64,000 bases of DNA, taken from contig CAWAEM010000004.1 in NCBI GenBank assembly GCA_963780935.1, forward strand, positions 816,402 through 880,401, read 5' to 3'. The stretch comes from an uncultured Acidobacteriota bacterium (GTDB lineage: Bacteria > Acidobacteriota > Terriglobia > Acidiferrales > UBA7541). Every line of letters starts with the position of its first letter. Position 1 is the stretch's first letter. The translations under genes were made by a program, and so were the position numbers. Of the stretch, positions 1 to 11,052 are shown one piece after another. A model generated the notes under the pieces. The model had not been told where the DNA came from. It did not search any database and saw nothing but the letters and a program-made list of their open reading frames with translations.

Positions 1-1268
1 TCGGCGATGAGGCGATGCTCGGCGTCACACCGCACGCTGCGGAGAATGTCGAAGCGGAAGCTGTCTTCGTCGGCTTCGGCCTGACGGTTCCAGAACTGCA
101 CTACGACGATTTGGCCGGCCAGGATCTGCAGGGCAAAATAGCCGTCTTCGTTACCGGTGGCCCTGCGGACATGCCCGGTCCCATCAAAGCGCATTATCAA
201 TCGAGCGAAGAACGGCGCCGCAACATGGTGAAAGCCGGAGTTATCGGCACGATCGCAATCCCCAATCCGAAAAGCGCCGAGGTGCCGTGGTCCCGCGTCG
301 CCGCCTCGCGCTTTCAGCCGCACATGGAACTGCGGGATCCCGGTGCGGGCGTACCTCCGCCCTATCAGGTGACCATCACCTTTAATCCGGCGCGCGCTCA
401 GCTGCTCTTTGCCGGCAGTGGCCATTCCTTCGAGGATATTCTAGCGGCACTCAATTCTGATAAAGCGGTTCCTCATTTTCCGCTCAACGTCAAAATTCGT
501 TCGCGCGTCGGTATGACCCGCTCGCAAGTGGAATCCGAGAATATCGCCGGCGTTTATCCGGGAAGCGATCCGCAACTCAAAAAAGAATACGTGGTGGTTA
601 GCGCGCATCTCGACCACCTGGGAATCGGCGAGCCGGTCAACGGCGACCGCATTTACAACGGAGCAATGGACGACGCTTCGGGAGACGCTTCGCTGATCGA
701 AATTGCTCGCGCGCTGCAGAATTCCAAGGCTCAGCCGAAGCGCTCGATTCTTTTTCTCTCGGTCACGGGCGAAGAAAAAGGCGAACTTGGTTCGCAATAC
801 TTTTCCGCACATCCTACGGTATCCGGCCCGATCATCGCGGACCTCAACATGGATATGTATCTTCCGCTTTTTCCGTTGAAATATCTGGAGGTGCAGGGTC
901 TTGGCGAGTCCACGCTCGGCGATGATGTGCGCGCGGTCGCGCAGCAAGCCGGCGTGCAAATACAGGCAGACAAGGAGCCTGAACACAATCGCTTTATCCG
1001 CAGCGATCAATACAGTTTTATCAAGAGAGGCATTCCGTCTCTGGCATTTAAATTTGGTTATATTCCGGGAACGCCCGAGGAAAAGCTTTTCAAAGCCTGG
1101 TACCACGACCGCTACCACGCCCCCTCCGATGACGTCGACCAACCGGTCGACCGTGCCGCTGCCGGGCAGTTCAACGCCATCCTGGAGAAACTGGCGTTGC
1201 GCGTCGCCAACTCGAACCAGCACCCCACCTGGAAGTCCGACAGTTTCTTCCGACGCTTCCCCGAGTAG
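1..1268 (+). CDS. M28 family metallopeptidase (PA-domain type), 5'-truncated by the window edge
   Basis: M28 zinc-ligand motifs SAHLDHLG, NGAMDDASG, TGEEKG, DLNMDM, RSDQY, YHAPSDD; PA-like region near the N-end; reading frame appears open to the window edge. Confidence 0.85.
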   Translation, partial: GDEAMLGVTPHAAENVEAEAVFVGFGLTVPELHYDDLAGQDLQGKIAVFVTGGPADMPGPIKAHYQSSEERRRNMVKAGVIGTIAIPNPKSAEVPWSRVAASRFQPHMELRDPGAGVPPPYQVTITFNPARAQLLFAGSGHSFEDILAALNSDKAVPHFPLNVKIRSRVGMTRSQVESENIAGVYPGSDPQLKKEYVVVSAHLDHLGIGEPVNGDRIYNGAMDDASGDASLIEIARALQNSKAQPKRSILFLSVTGEEKGELGSQYFSAHPTVSGPIIADLNMDMYLPLFPLKYLEVQGLGESTLGDDVRAVAQQAGVQIQADKEPEHNRFIRSDQYSFIKRGIPSLAFKFGYIPGTPEEKLFKAWYHDRYHAPSDDVDQPVDRAAAGQFNAILEKLALRVANSNQHPTWKSDSFFRRFPE

Positions 1269-1348
1269 TACAACCCGTCGCGCTGCAAGATCACTTGGTG
1301 CGGGTGGGCGATCGAATCCGCGCGTCCCATTCGCCGACCATACGAAAC

Positions 1349-2242
1349 CTACCTGCGAGCAGTTCGCACCGCCGACGGATCGCGCAGATGCTCGAGAAAA
1401 CCGAGATGCGCGCGGCTGAGCGATCGTCCCCGCAGCACCAGCGCCGCGATGGTTCGCGTCGCCGAAGCGTCAGCAATCTTCACATACCTGCACCGCGTGG
1501 ATTTCTCAATAGCCATCTCCGGCACGATGGAAACTCCCATCTCCGCCGCCACCATACTCAGCAAGCTGCTGAACTGACCGCTTTCGAAAATAATTTGCGG
1601 ATTGAGCCGCGCGCGGTCGCAAGCGGCTACGGCGGTATCGCGAAAACAATGTCCATCACGCAATAGCAGAAAAGGCTCGGAACGAAGGTCCTTCAGCGAC
1701 AGCGAGCGGCGTGATGCCAGCTTGTGTTTTGCCGGCAGCGCCGCAAAAAGTGGCTCCGTCAATAGTGCCGTAGCTGCAAATTCATGGCCGCGAATTGGCA
1801 GGGCCAGGATGGCAACGTCGATCGTTCCGGCGCGCAACCTATCAAGAAGCACCGGCGTGATTTCTTCGACCACGGTAAGCCGTGCCTGCGGAAATTTTCT
1901 AGAGAACGTCGTAAGGTAGGCCGGCAGCAAGTACGGCGCGACCGTGGGAATCACTCCGATGGTCACCACGCCGCCGACCGAGTCTTTGTGCTCGACCACA
2001 TCGCCCTTGGCAGCTTCGAGTTCCCGCAAAACACCGCGTGCTCGCGGGAGAAAAGTCTTGCCGAGATCGGTTAATCGCACCGAACGTCCCAAGCGGTCGA
2101 ACAGCCGCGCGCCAAGCTCATCCTCCAGCTTCATAATTTGTTGCGAGAGCGACGGCTGCGAGACGTGGGATTGCTCTGCGGCCCTTGAAAACGAGCCCGT
2201 TTCCGCAACCGCGCAGAAGTAGCGAAGCTGATGAAGTTCCAT
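1349..2242 (-). CDS. oxyR: H2O2-sensing LysR regulator OxyR
   Basis: LysR HTH ([23 protein letters not shown]...SQPSLSQQI); [13 protein letters not shown] has the C199/C208 spacing of OxyR; divergent from a catalase. Confidence 0.88.
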   Translation of the reverse strand: MELHQLRYFCAVAETGSFSRAAEQSHVSQPSLSQQIMKLEDELGARLFDRLGRSVRLTDLGKTFLPRARGVLRELEAAKGDVVEHKDSVGGVVTIGVIPTVAPYLLPAYLTTFSRKFPQARLTVVEEITPVLLDRLRAGTIDVAILALPIRGHEFAATALLTEPLFAALPAKHKLASRRSLSLKDLRSEPFLLLRDGHCFRDTAVAACDRARLNPQIIFESGQFSSLLSMVAAEMGVSIVPEMAIEKSTRCRYVKIADASATRTIAALVLRGRSLSRAHLGFLEHLRDPSAVRTARR

Positions 2243-2321
2243 AAAGTGGTTGCTTCAGCCTTTTTCCGAACCCCGCCCTACGAACCTATCTGATCACACG
2301 GCAGAGGCGCGCAACTCAGTC

Positions 2322-2358
2322 ATAGGCTGTACCTATCCATCTTATCTGAACTATATAT
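2322..2358. promoter_or_regulatory. Putative OxyR operator between oxyR and catalase
   Basis: ATAG-N7-CTAT-N7-ATct-N7-aTAT (ATAGgctgtacCTATccatcttATCTgaactatATAT) versus the established consensus ATAG-N7-CTAT-N7-ATAG-N7-CTAT. Confidence 0.7.
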
Positions 2359-2429
2359 TGGATGTATACGAACCGGGCGTCTATCCTCCAGCTGTTCGCT
2401 GCAGTTTGCTTCAACTGAGGAGAGCTATC

Positions 2430-3956
2430 GTGGAAGAAAAGAAAAAATTGCAGGAAGAAAAAGATTTGCATATTGAACGGCCGAAATTCATGACTACCGA
2501 CTCCGGGCGACCGGTAGGCGACAACCAGAACTCGCTGACCGTAGGCCCTCGTGGCCCGGTGGTTTTTGAAGACTTTCTGTTGTTTGAAAAAATGGCGCAC
2601 TTTAACCGCGAGCGTATTCCGGAACGCGTGGTGCACGCCAAAGGCTCGGGAGCGCACGGCCACTTCGTGGTCACCGCGGACATCACAAAATACACCACCG
2701 CAAAATTGTTCAGCGGCATAGGTAAAAAGACTCCCACCTTCATCCGCTTTTCAACGGTCGGCGGCGAAAAAGGCTCCGCGGACACGGAACGCGACCCCCG
2801 CGGCTTCGCCCTGAAGTTTTACACCGAAGAAGGCAACTGGGACATGACCGGCAACAACACTCCGGTTTTTTTCATCCGCGATCCCTTGAAGTTCGGCGAT
2901 TTCATTCACACGCAGAAGCGCGATCCGCAAACCAACCTCAAGTCGCCCACGATGATGTGGGACTTCTGGTCGCTTTCGCCGGAATCCCTGCATCAGGTCA
3001 CCATTCTGTTTTCCGATCGCGGAACTCCCGATGGCTATCGGCACATGGATGGCTTCAGCAGCCACACCTTCAGCCTAATTAACGCCAAGAACGAACTTTT
3101 CTATTGCAAGTGGCATTTCAAGACCAAGCAAGGCATCAAGAATTTCACGGGCGAAAAAGCCAGTGAAATGCGCGGCATCGATCCCGATTACGCGCAGCGC
3201 GATCTCTTCGACGCCATTGCCAAGGGTGATTACCCCAAGTGGAGAGTTTCCGTGCAGATCATGCCGGAAAAAGAAGCCGAGACCTACCATATCAATCCTT
3301 TTGATCTCACCAAGGTCTGGCCCCACAAGGACTATCCGCTGCACGAAGTCGGCGAGCTCGAACTGAACCGCAATCCGGAAAATTATTTCGCCGAGGTTGA
3401 GCAGGCTGCATTTGAACCGCGCAACATCGTGCCGGGCATGGGTTATTCTCCGGACAAAATGTTGCAAGCCCGCCTGATTTCTTACCCGGACGCCCATCGC
3501 TATCGCCTCGGCGTCAACTACGAAGTGCTGCCCGTCAACAAACCGCAGTGCCCGTTCGCCACATATAACCGCGACGGCGCCATGCGTTTCGATGGCAATT
3601 ACGGCGCGCAACCGAACTACGAGCCGAACAGCTTCGGCGGACCGAAACAAAACCCCGCGTACACGGAGAGGCCGCACGCCGTGAGCGGGACAGTGGCCCG
3701 TCACGATCACCGCGCGGATAGCGATTACTATTCACAACCAGGCAATCTTTTTCGCTTGATGGACGCGGGCGCGAAGGCGCGCCTGATTGGGAACATCGTC
3801 GGCAGCCTCGGCAGCGGCGTGCCTCCGCGTATCCAGGAACTGCAAATCCTGCATTTTTACAAAGCCGATCCGGCCTACGGAACGGGCGTCGCGAAAGGAC
3901 TGGGTCTGAACATCGACACGATCGTCGAAAAAAAACAGGCCAGCGCGGCTGACTAG
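2430..3956 (+). CDS. katA: Monofunctional small-subunit heme catalase
   Basis: [17 protein letters not shown] active-site motif and [14 protein letters not shown] heme-ligand motif; start moved to GTG 2430 behind GAGGAG (2417-2422), instead of the track's TTG 2250. Confidence 0.93.
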   Translation: MEEKKKLQEEKDLHIERPKFMTTDSGRPVGDNQNSLTVGPRGPVVFEDFLLFEKMAHFNRERIPERVVHAKGSGAHGHFVVTADITKYTTAKLFSGIGKKTPTFIRFSTVGGEKGSADTERDPRGFALKFYTEEGNWDMTGNNTPVFFIRDPLKFGDFIHTQKRDPQTNLKSPTMMWDFWSLSPESLHQVTILFSDRGTPDGYRHMDGFSSHTFSLINAKNELFYCKWHFKTKQGIKNFTGEKASEMRGIDPDYAQRDLFDAIAKGDYPKWRVSVQIMPEKEAETYHINPFDLTKVWPHKDYPLHEVGELELNRNPENYFAEVEQAAFEPRNIVPGMGYSPDKMLQARLISYPDAHRYRLGVNYEVLPVNKPQCPFATYNRDGAMRFDGNYGAQPNYEPNSFGGPKQNPAYTERPHAVSGTVARHDHRADSDYYSQPGNLFRLMDAGAKARLIGNIVGSLGSGVPPRIQELQILHFYKADPAYGTGVAKGLGLNIDTIVEKKQASAAD

Positions 3957-3992
3957 CTAGTTCCTCAAAAACGATCCGTCGTGCACCTCAAG

Positions 3993-4028
3993 AAGGCAAG
4001 TCATCCGTCTGACTTGCCTTTTTGTTTT
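3993..4028 (+). terminator. Rho-independent terminator after catalase
   Basis: Perfect 11-bp stem AAGGCAAGTCA / TGACTTGCCTT, 6-nt loop, then TTTGTTTT. Confidence 0.85.
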
Positions 4029-4086
4029 CACCGTCGCCGTAAGGTAAGGTGAAGCCCTCGCACTTTGCGGCTCCCAAGGACGGTTC

Positions 4087-5490
4087 ATGGCGAAACTTAC
4101 ATTTCTCGGCGCGGCTGGTTGCGTAACCGGATCGAAATATCTCATTGAAGCAGCGGGCAAACGACTGCTGCTCGATTGCGGAATTTTTCAAGGTTCCCCG
4201 GAGCTCGGCGACCGCAATTACCAGCCGCTTTCCGTTGATCCAAAGTCCATCGATTATGCCGTGCTTACCCACGCGCATCTCGATCACACGGGCTGGCTTC
4301 CGTGTCTCGTGAAAGCCGGATTTAAGGGTCCAATCTACGCCAACCCGGCAACCATCGATCTCACCACGATCTTGCTGAAAGATTCTGCGCACCTGCAGGA
4401 AGAAGACGCGCTTCACGCACAGCAGCATGGCTACAGCCGACACGCCAATCCCCGACCGCTATACGTAGCCGCGGATGTTGATCCCGTACTTAAGCTGCTT
4501 AAGCCCGCACCACGTACCGGGGCGTTCGCCGTTAGCGCGGAATTTCAATTTGTGGCTTACGACGCGGGTCACATTCTGGGCTCGACCAGCCTGGTGCTGA
4601 CGATCACCGAAGGCGCAAAAAAAATCGTTGTGATCTTTTCGGGCGATATCGGTCGCTACGACCAGGTTATTTTGAAGGATCCCGTCACACCACCGGCGCA
4701 AGCGGACATTCTCTTGTGCGAATCCACCTATGGCGATCGCGAGCATGAACCGGGCGATCCCGCCGCGGAAATTGCCGCGGTGGTGAACCGCGTCTCGCAA
4801 CGCGGCGGTTGCATCGTGATTCCTGCGTTCGCCATCGGACGTACGCAGACCTTTATGTATTACCTGCGGCAACTGGAAGACGCCAACAAAATTCCGCGCA
4901 TCCCGGTATACGTCGACAGCCCGATGGCGCTAAGCGCGACAGATTTATATCTGAAGTATTCCGCGGATCATGATTCGGAGTTTCAACAGCTCGCAGGCGC
5001 AGGCGGCGGCAAAGGCGACCCATTGAGCGTGCACGAATTTCACCTGACGCGTTCGGTGCAGGAATCGAAGGCTATCAACCAAGTGAAGACGCCGTGCATT
5101 ATTGTTTCCGCGAGCGGCATGGCCAGCGGCGGTCGTGTTCTGCATCACCTTGAACAACGTTTGCCGGATGCTCGCAACGCCGTACTGCTGGCCGGCTTCC
5201 AGGCCGAAGGTTCTCGCGGCCGCGCCTTGCAGGACGGCGCAAAATCCATCCGCTTTTATGGCCACAGTGTGGCGGTCCACGCGGAAATAATTTCCATGGG
5301 CCAGCTTTCCGCGCACGCGGGAAAAAGCGAACTTTTGCGCTGGCTCGCTGGACTGCCGTCGGCCCCCAAACAGACCTATCTGACGCACGGCGAACCCGCC
5401 GCGGCGCAATCTTTGCAAAACGCGATCGTGCAAAAGTTTAACTGGAAGACCGATGTCGCCCAGTATCAGCAGACTGTCGAAATTGGCTGA
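4087..5490 (+). CDS. Metallo-beta-lactamase / beta-CASP ribonuclease-family protein
   Basis: DCG, THAHLDH, AGHILGS, SGDIG, ESTYG, SAHAG and THGE motifs. Confidence 0.9.
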   Translation: MAKLTFLGAAGCVTGSKYLIEAAGKRLLLDCGIFQGSPELGDRNYQPLSVDPKSIDYAVLTHAHLDHTGWLPCLVKAGFKGPIYANPATIDLTTILLKDSAHLQEEDALHAQQHGYSRHANPRPLYVAADVDPVLKLLKPAPRTGAFAVSAEFQFVAYDAGHILGSTSLVLTITEGAKKIVVIFSGDIGRYDQVILKDPVTPPAQADILLCESTYGDREHEPGDPAAEIAAVVNRVSQRGGCIVIPAFAIGRTQTFMYYLRQLEDANKIPRIPVYVDSPMALSATDLYLKYSADHDSEFQQLAGAGGGKGDPLSVHEFHLTRSVQESKAINQVKTPCIIVSASGMASGGRVLHHLEQRLPDARNAVLLAGFQAEGSRGRALQDGAKSIRFYGHSVAVHAEIISMGQLSAHAGKSELLRWLAGLPSAPKQTYLTHGEPAAAQSLQNAIVQKFNWKTDVAQYQQTVEIG

Positions 5491-5559
5491 CGGTATTCGC
5501 ACATTTCGGGGAAACATTTTGCCGGGTCACCTCGTCTATACCGACAAGACCACTCGCGG

Positions 5560-5607
5560 GGGCAGGAGACTAACCACCATAGGCAACTGACCGTCAGTCT
5601 TCTGCCC
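5560..5607. other. Stem-loop downstream of the MBL gene (possible terminator or structured element)
   Basis: GGGCAGGAGACT (5560-5571) pairs with AGTCTTCTGCCC (5596-5607) with one G-T pair; 24-nt loop; no clear U-tract. Confidence 0.4.
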
Positions 5608-5864
5608 TTGAAATATGGCAAACCTCCGCCGCGGCGTATCATTTAGAATCTGGCCGAGATAAATTTTAGATCGCGGAAGCTAAGTTACAAATGCCTATGT
5701 ACCGTGACTTGACGCCGCGCGGTTCGTGGCGGTGACGGCGCGCGATCTTGCCGATATTCCCCGGTGGACGCACGGCGGCCAGGCGCGTGCGCTCGTGGCA
5801 CGAAGCAAGCCTCTCTCGCAGCAGCCGCACTCGGATTCGGAAGGGCCCGACCAGTCGGATTGAC

Positions 5865-7115
5865 CTAAGAACGCAGTCTGACGAACCGTGCTTCCGCGGC
5901 GGCCAGGGTCGATTCCTTTTTGCAGAAGGTGAAGCGCACCTGGGAGGCGCCGTCCTGCGCATGGTTGTAGAAACTGGAGCCAGGGACACACGCGACGCCG
6001 ATTTCCTGCACGAGATATTTGGCGAAAGCCACGTCGCGCGAGGGCGCGACAAAGCGCGGATCTTCTTTCGGAAAAGCGAAGCGCGAAATATCGGTCATGA
6101 TGTAGTAGGCGCCACGCGGTTTGTAGACCGTGAAATGCGCGGCCGTCAGAATTTCCAACAGCCGCTCACGTTTCACGGTGTAGGTTTCCGCCAGTCTGTC
6201 GTAATAGGTTTGCGGAAATTTTAGCGCCGCGGCTCCGGCCTGCTGCAACGGCGCGGCTGCTCCCACCGTCAGAAAGTCGTGCACCTTGCGAATGGATTGC
6301 GTTGCTTCGGGAGGCGCAATGGCCCAACCGACACGCCAGCCCGTCACGCTGTAAGTTTTCGACAGCCCGTTAATAACGATGGTGCGCTCGCGCATGCCAT
6401 CGATCTGCGCCATGGAAATGTGCTGCCTTCCATCGTACAAAATGTGTTCGTAAATCTCATCGGTGATGCAGAAAGTATTGTGACGAATGCAGAGGTCGCG
6501 AATGAATTCGAGCTCCGCGCGACTGAAGACCTTCCCCGTGGGATTGTTGGGGGTATTAAGAATGATCGCCTTGGTGTGCTGGTTGAATGCTGCGGCCAAT
6601 TCATCCTGGTCGTAAGTCCATTCCGAGTTCGCATCTTTAGGAGGGTTCATCCGCACGAAGCGCGGAGTCGCTCCGCTCAGAATGGCGTCCGGCCCGTAAT
6701 TTTCATAAAACGGTTCAAAGACCACAACTTCGTCGCCGGGATTAATGATGGCCATCATTGCGGACATCATGGCTTCGGTCGAGCCGCAACAGATCGTAAT
6801 TTCACGCTCGGGATCAACGCGAACATTTTGCGTTCGCGCAAATTTCTCGACAATTGCGTCCCGCAGCGGCTTGGCGCCCCAGGTGATGGCGTACTGGTTG
6901 ATGTCATCGGCAATCGCTTGGCGGGCGGCTTCCTTAATCTCTTCAGGCGCCGCAAAGTCCGGAAAACCCTGCGAAAGATTTACCGCGTTGTGTTTTTGCG
7001 CCAGCCGGGTCATTTCGCGGATCACCGACTCGGTAAATTGCTCGGCTTTGGCGGAGAGCATGCGCGTCTGGGCGTGCCGCGCGCTTTGCCCGATGGAAAC
7101 GTTCGTAAGAGGCAT
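5865..7115 (-). CDS. PLP-dependent aminotransferase, class I/II
   Basis: NLSQGFPDF, NTPNNPTGKV, TDEIYEH, LSKTYSVTGWRVGW (PLP lysine); start uncertain (ATG 7115, ATG 7061 or TTG 7130). Confidence 0.9.
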   Translation of the reverse strand: MPLTNVSIGQSARHAQTRMLSAKAEQFTESVIREMTRLAQKHNAVNLSQGFPDFAAPEEIKEAARQAIADDINQYAITWGAKPLRDAIVEKFARTQNVRVDPEREITICCGSTEAMMSAMMAIINPGDEVVVFEPFYENYGPDAILSGATPRFVRMNPPKDANSEWTYDQDELAAAFNQHTKAIILNTPNNPTGKVFSRAELEFIRDLCIRHNTFCITDEIYEHILYDGRQHISMAQIDGMRERTIVINGLSKTYSVTGWRVGWAIAPPEATQSIRKVHDFLTVGAAAPLQQAGAAALKFPQTYYDRLAETYTVKRERLLEILTAAHFTVYKPRGAYYIMTDISRFAFPKEDPRFVAPSRDVAFAKYLVQEIGVACVPGSSFYNHAQDGASQVRFTFCKKESTLAAAEARFVRLRS

Positions 7116-7260
7116 GCTGGTATTCTGCAATAACGGCGAAGAGTTTTCAGAATAAAGTTATGCGCGGAAGTGACCGAAAAAACTCGCAGGCGAAAGATCG
7201 CTCGCGGAGGTACAATTGTTTCCCCGGACTCCCCTGCGATATTCCATCAGGAGAACTGTC

Positions 7261-7752
7261 ATGCCCCTCAACGAGTTGTTGCTCCGCGAGTTTGACGTGG
7301 AAATGCCGAACACGCGCAAAACCCTGGAACGCGTACCTGCCGACAAGTGGGACTGGAGACCGCACGAGAAATCCGGAACTCTAGGCTGGCTCGCCGGCCA
7401 CGTGGCGACGCTGCCCGGCTTCACCATTGCGGTGGTGCAGACTCCGGAAATGGAAATCGCCGGAGCCGTGTTTCCAAAAGTCGCGAAACATGCCGAACTA
7501 CTCGACACTTTTACCAACGTGAGCAAAGAAGCGCGCACCGCGGTTGCCGGACTGAACGACGCGCAACTGGCCGAAACCTGGACGCTCAAATGGAGCGGCA
7601 AAGTGTTGTTTTCTCTGCCTCGCTATGACGTCCTGCGCGTGCACTGCTTCAATCATCTGATTCATCATCGCGCGCAATTAACGGGTTATTTCCGCACGCT
7701 GAACGTGCCGTTGCCGGCGCTCTATGGCCCGAGCGCGGATGAACAGTTCTAG
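7261..7752 (+). CDS. DinB/YfiT-family protein (paralog 1)
   Basis: WRPHEKSGTLGWLAGH...NHLIHHRAQL...LYGPSADE; His triad pattern; AGGAG RBS before ATG 7261. Confidence 0.85.
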   Translation: MPLNELLLREFDVEMPNTRKTLERVPADKWDWRPHEKSGTLGWLAGHVATLPGFTIAVVQTPEMEIAGAVFPKVAKHAELLDTFTNVSKEARTAVAGLNDAQLAETWTLKWSGKVLFSLPRYDVLRVHCFNHLIHHRAQLTGYFRTLNVPLPALYGPSADEQF

Positions 7753-7903
7753 ATGCTTCGAGAAGGACTAGCTGACGCGAATTGCCGGGGACTCCCGTTG
7801 GCAGGCACTCGCGTGTAATTTTCACCCGGTCATTTCCGCCTAAGTGGCATTGCAACGCCTGGGCGTTCTCGTCATCAAATGCTAGTAGCTGCTGGAGGCC
7901 ATC

Positions 7904-9088
7904 GTGGAAGTTCCAGTGATTCTCAGCGCAGTGCGCACACCCGTCGGCAGGTTTCAGGGCGGTCTGGCGGGATTTTCGGCCACCGAACTAGGCGCCAAAG
8001 TTGTCGCCGAGGCGACACGGCGCGCGGGTCTCGACGGCAAGCACATCGATGAAGCCATCCTGGGCAACGTCGTGCAAGCCGGCCTTGGCCAGAATCCCGC
8101 GCGCCAAGCGGCCCTCAAGGGCGGCTGCGCTCCACGCGTCGCGGCGCTCACGATTAACAAAGTGTGCGGTTCGGGATTAAAGGCCGTTGCCCTCGCGGCG
8201 CAAGCCGTCCAACTCGGCGAATCCGAAGTCGTCGTGGCGGGAGGCATGGAGTCCATGTCCAACTGTCCGTACTTGCTGCCACAAGCGCGCACCGGTTACC
8301 GCATCGGCGACGGCAAGCTGGTCGATTCCATGATTCACGACGGCTTGTGGGACGCATACGAAGATTTTCATATGGGAATGACCGGCGAACTGGTCGCCGA
8401 GAAGTATGGCATTACGCGCGAAGAGCAAGACCGCTTCGCCTTCGAAAGCCATCAAAAAGCGGTTCGCGCCCGCAAGTCGTGCTTTTTCGAGGCGCAAATT
8501 TTGCCAATCGAAGTTCCGCAAAAAAAGGGCGAGCCGCTGGTGATTCGTTACGATGAATCGCCTCGCGAAGATACCTCCGTCGAGGCCCTTGCCAAACTGA
8601 AACCCGCGTTCAAGAAAGACGGCACGGTAACTGCGGGCAACGCCCCCGGCACCAATGACGGGGCGGCTGCGCTAATCGTCACGAGCGAACGGCAGGCAGA
8701 GGTGCTCGGCAAGAAACCGATGGCACGCATCGTTGCGCAGGCCACCAGCGGCGTCGAGCCCAAGTGGGTGATGATGGCTCCCGTCGAGGCCGTCGAGAAG
8801 CTCCTTGCGAAAACCGGCTGGGACCGCGACAAAGATGTGGACTTGATTGAGTTAAACGAAGCCTTCGCAGTGGCAGCGATCGCGGTGACCCGTCAGCTAA
8901 AATTAAATCCAGAGAAGGTGAACGTGAACGGTGGCGCGGTTGCCATCGGCCATCCCATCGGCGCGTCCGGCGCGCGCATCCTGGTAACGCTGCTCTACGA
9001 ACTCGAGCGCCGCAACCTCCGGCGTGGTATCGCGGCGCTGTGCCTCGGCGGCGGCAACGCCGTCGCGCTCGCCGTCGAGCGGTACTGA
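7904..9088 (+). CDS. Acetyl-CoA C-acetyltransferase (thiolase)
   Basis: [11 protein letters not shown] (catalytic Cys), [21 protein letters not shown]. Confidence 0.95.
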   Translation: MEVPVILSAVRTPVGRFQGGLAGFSATELGAKVVAEATRRAGLDGKHIDEAILGNVVQAGLGQNPARQAALKGGCAPRVAALTINKVCGSGLKAVALAAQAVQLGESEVVVAGGMESMSNCPYLLPQARTGYRIGDGKLVDSMIHDGLWDAYEDFHMGMTGELVAEKYGITREEQDRFAFESHQKAVRARKSCFFEAQILPIEVPQKKGEPLVIRYDESPREDTSVEALAKLKPAFKKDGTVTAGNAPGTNDGAAALIVTSERQAEVLGKKPMARIVAQATSGVEPKWVMMAPVEAVEKLLAKTGWDRDKDVDLIELNEAFAVAAIAVTRQLKLNPEKVNVNGGAVAIGHPIGASGARILVTLLYELERRNLRRGIAALCLGGGNAVALAVERY

Positions 9089-9117
9089 ATCGTTTCGCCT
9101 ATGCTTTTGATACTTCT

Positions 9118-9768
9118 TTACCGCGGTAGATCGGGTTCTTGAATTGGTTCGGGCGGCGTCTCATTTTCCTGCCAGCGATGTTTGCACGCATAGCAAGTCC
9201 AGCCCTTCTTCGTTTGTTTGATCGGAATTCCCACGAACATTCCAGCACCCACGACTTGCATATCGAGCGCGTCGAACGTGATATCCATCGACCCGCAGTT
9301 TGGACATTTTGGCTGATCGTATTCGCCAACACCTTCAACCTCGAACCTTTCCGGCGTGGCTTGATCCAGTAATTCACCCGCCGATTGCAGGTTTTCCTGG
9401 CGGACCAGAAGCTTTATGCCTCCAACGAGATTCGAGTAAAACCAGTCGATGCGAACTAAATTGTCATCTGCCAGAAGGCATTCGATGCCCGCCGAATCCA
9501 AAATGCTCTTGGCGATCATGGCGAGCGGAAGGTCGCGGTAACGCCGAAGGAGTTTGGGTTCCGGCAGTTCCGATTGTTCTTTCGCACTTAAGGCTAGCGC
9601 CGCTAATTGCGGCGGCAACTCTGATCCCCTCTTGGTGATCTCACTGCGCAACGTCTCTCGCGCCACATCGGTGAGCGAATCTAAATCCGATGCAATTTTA
9701 TTCAACTCGCCGTCTTCCATGCTGCTATACAAGGCGCGAAGGCGCTGCTGTTCTTTCTCCCAATTCAT
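9118..9768 (-). CDS. DUF2007-like protein with C-terminal zinc ribbon
   Basis: RRYRDLPLAMIAKSILDSAGIECLLADDNLVRIDWFYSNLVGGIKLLV resembles DUF2007; CPNCGS...WTCYACKHRW ribbon; start set at ATG 9768. Confidence 0.7.
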   Translation of the reverse strand: MNWEKEQQRLRALYSSMEDGELNKIASDLDSLTDVARETLRSEITKRGSELPPQLAALALSAKEQSELPEPKLLRRYRDLPLAMIAKSILDSAGIECLLADDNLVRIDWFYSNLVGGIKLLVRQENLQSAGELLDQATPERFEVEGVGEYDQPKCPNCGSMDITFDALDMQVVGAGMFVGIPIKQTKKGWTCYACKHRWQENETPPEPIQEPDLPR

Positions 9769-9820
9769 TTGGCTCACGGTGGAGAAATCATACGCGCACC
9801 GCGCAATATCCGGCAACGCG

Positions 9821-10498
9821 TCACGGAGCGGCTTCGGCCTCACTGAGCGGTGACGTTGAAGCTGGGACGCTGTTCTTCAGCTCACACGAACAATTCGGGC
9901 AGTATTTATCGGTCTCCGCAACTTCCTGCTTGCACTGCGGGCAGGCGGGATGGAGATTATTTTTGCAATTCGGGCAAAAGTTGAAACGCGGCCCAACCGT
10001 AGTTCCACACTGCGGGCAGGCATACGGCAGCGGCTCACGCATAAAAAAGTACAGCAGAAAACCAATCGCCAAGTACGCGGGAGACAACACCAGAATCAGC
10101 AACAGCCACAATCCTGCGCGCATTCCGCGGCGCTGCGCATCGCGGAAAACGTAGCCTAGCAGCAACAAAAACGCCGCAAGCGGAAGGGCAACTCCGGTTA
10201 TAGTCGCCGCCAAAATCAGGGAAGCGATTACCGGCTGGTCGCGAAATTCCCACGGCCAGACTTGGCGCGCAGCTTGGGCATGATACGAGCCGCCGTGAAT
10301 GGCGAAACTGGAACCCAGATTCACAACCGTGCCAATCGCAATTGCCAGCACCCATAGCAGCACCACGGTGATCACCAGCCATCGCGGAACGACGCGAAAC
10401 TCTTCGCCAAAACTGCTCTTCTCGCGCTTGCGGCGGAAACGGTTCAGCCGCATTCTTCCGCTCAGCGATTGACTTACTCGGTTCTGATAGTCAGCCAT
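9821..10498 (-). CDS. Membrane protein with C-terminal double zinc ribbon
   Basis: Three hydrophobic segments, then CPQC..CPNC..CPQC..CPNC; GAGGAG RBS. Confidence 0.85.
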   Translation of the reverse strand: MADYQNRVSQSLSGRMRLNRFRRKREKSSFGEEFRVVPRWLVITVVLLWVLAIAIGTVVNLGSSFAIHGGSYHAQAARQVWPWEFRDQPVIASLILAATITGVALPLAAFLLLLGYVFRDAQRRGMRAGLWLLLILVLSPAYLAIGFLLYFFMREPLPYACPQCGTTVGPRFNFCPNCKNNLHPACPQCKQEVAETDKYCPNCSCELKNSVPASTSPLSEAEAAP

Positions 10499-10545
10499 AC
10501 TCTCCTCGATTCCATCTCTGCAAAGCTTTTATGAGGCGCAGCGCA

Positions 10546-11052
10546 TTAGCGGCGATGCCAACTGCCCATTAATCGTTGCCGCGGACTCTCGACGAGCAGC
10601 ACCGCGCCGGCGATCAACGCCGGAATCAGCCACCACAAACCAAACCCCAATTCCCACACCAGCTTGGGAACGTGCAACCGCTCGCCCATCCACGCAAATA
10701 GCTGCCAAATATGAGGCGCAGTCGCGATGCCGAGCGCCCACGAGACCCCGGCAATCGCCCATATCGCGATGCTCCGCGGCTCGCGATCCTGTAATTGCGC
10801 AGCGCGCAGCCGCACGCGAAATTGCGTGCGGCTGGCCAGCCCCGATGGGAAAGCGATGGAAGTCGCGCGCAGCGCGCGCAAGGCGGCCTCCGCGGAGTGC
10901 GCTACACCGGCACACTCCGAGCAATCTTGCAGATGCGCATCGAGCCACGCGCGCTCTTGCTGCGACAGTCCTTCCACGTGATGCTGCGCAATCATTCGCT
11001 GAGCTCGCACGTGCATTTCTTGTTGGTTCGAGTCCTCGCCGATAAAGGTCAC
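10546..11052 (-). CDS. Zinc-binding (zf-HC2/ZAS) transmembrane anti-sigma factor
   Basis: HLQDCSEC (HxxxCxxC), two C-terminal TM helices, 4-nt overlap with the sigma gene stop. Confidence 0.85.
   Translation of the reverse strand: MTFIGEDSNQQEMHVRAQRMIAQHHVEGLSQQERAWLDAHLQDCSECAGVAHSAEAALRALRATSIAFPSGLASRTQFRVRLRAAQLQDREPRSIAIWAIAGVSWALGIATAPHIWQLFAWMGERLHVPKLVWELGFGLWWLIPALIAGAVLLVESPRQRLMGSWHRR

Noticed and set aside
2250-2429. N-terminal extension of catalase in the ORF track (TTG 2250)
   Set aside because: It covers the oxyR-kat intergenic operator; a GAGGAG RBS supports GTG 2430
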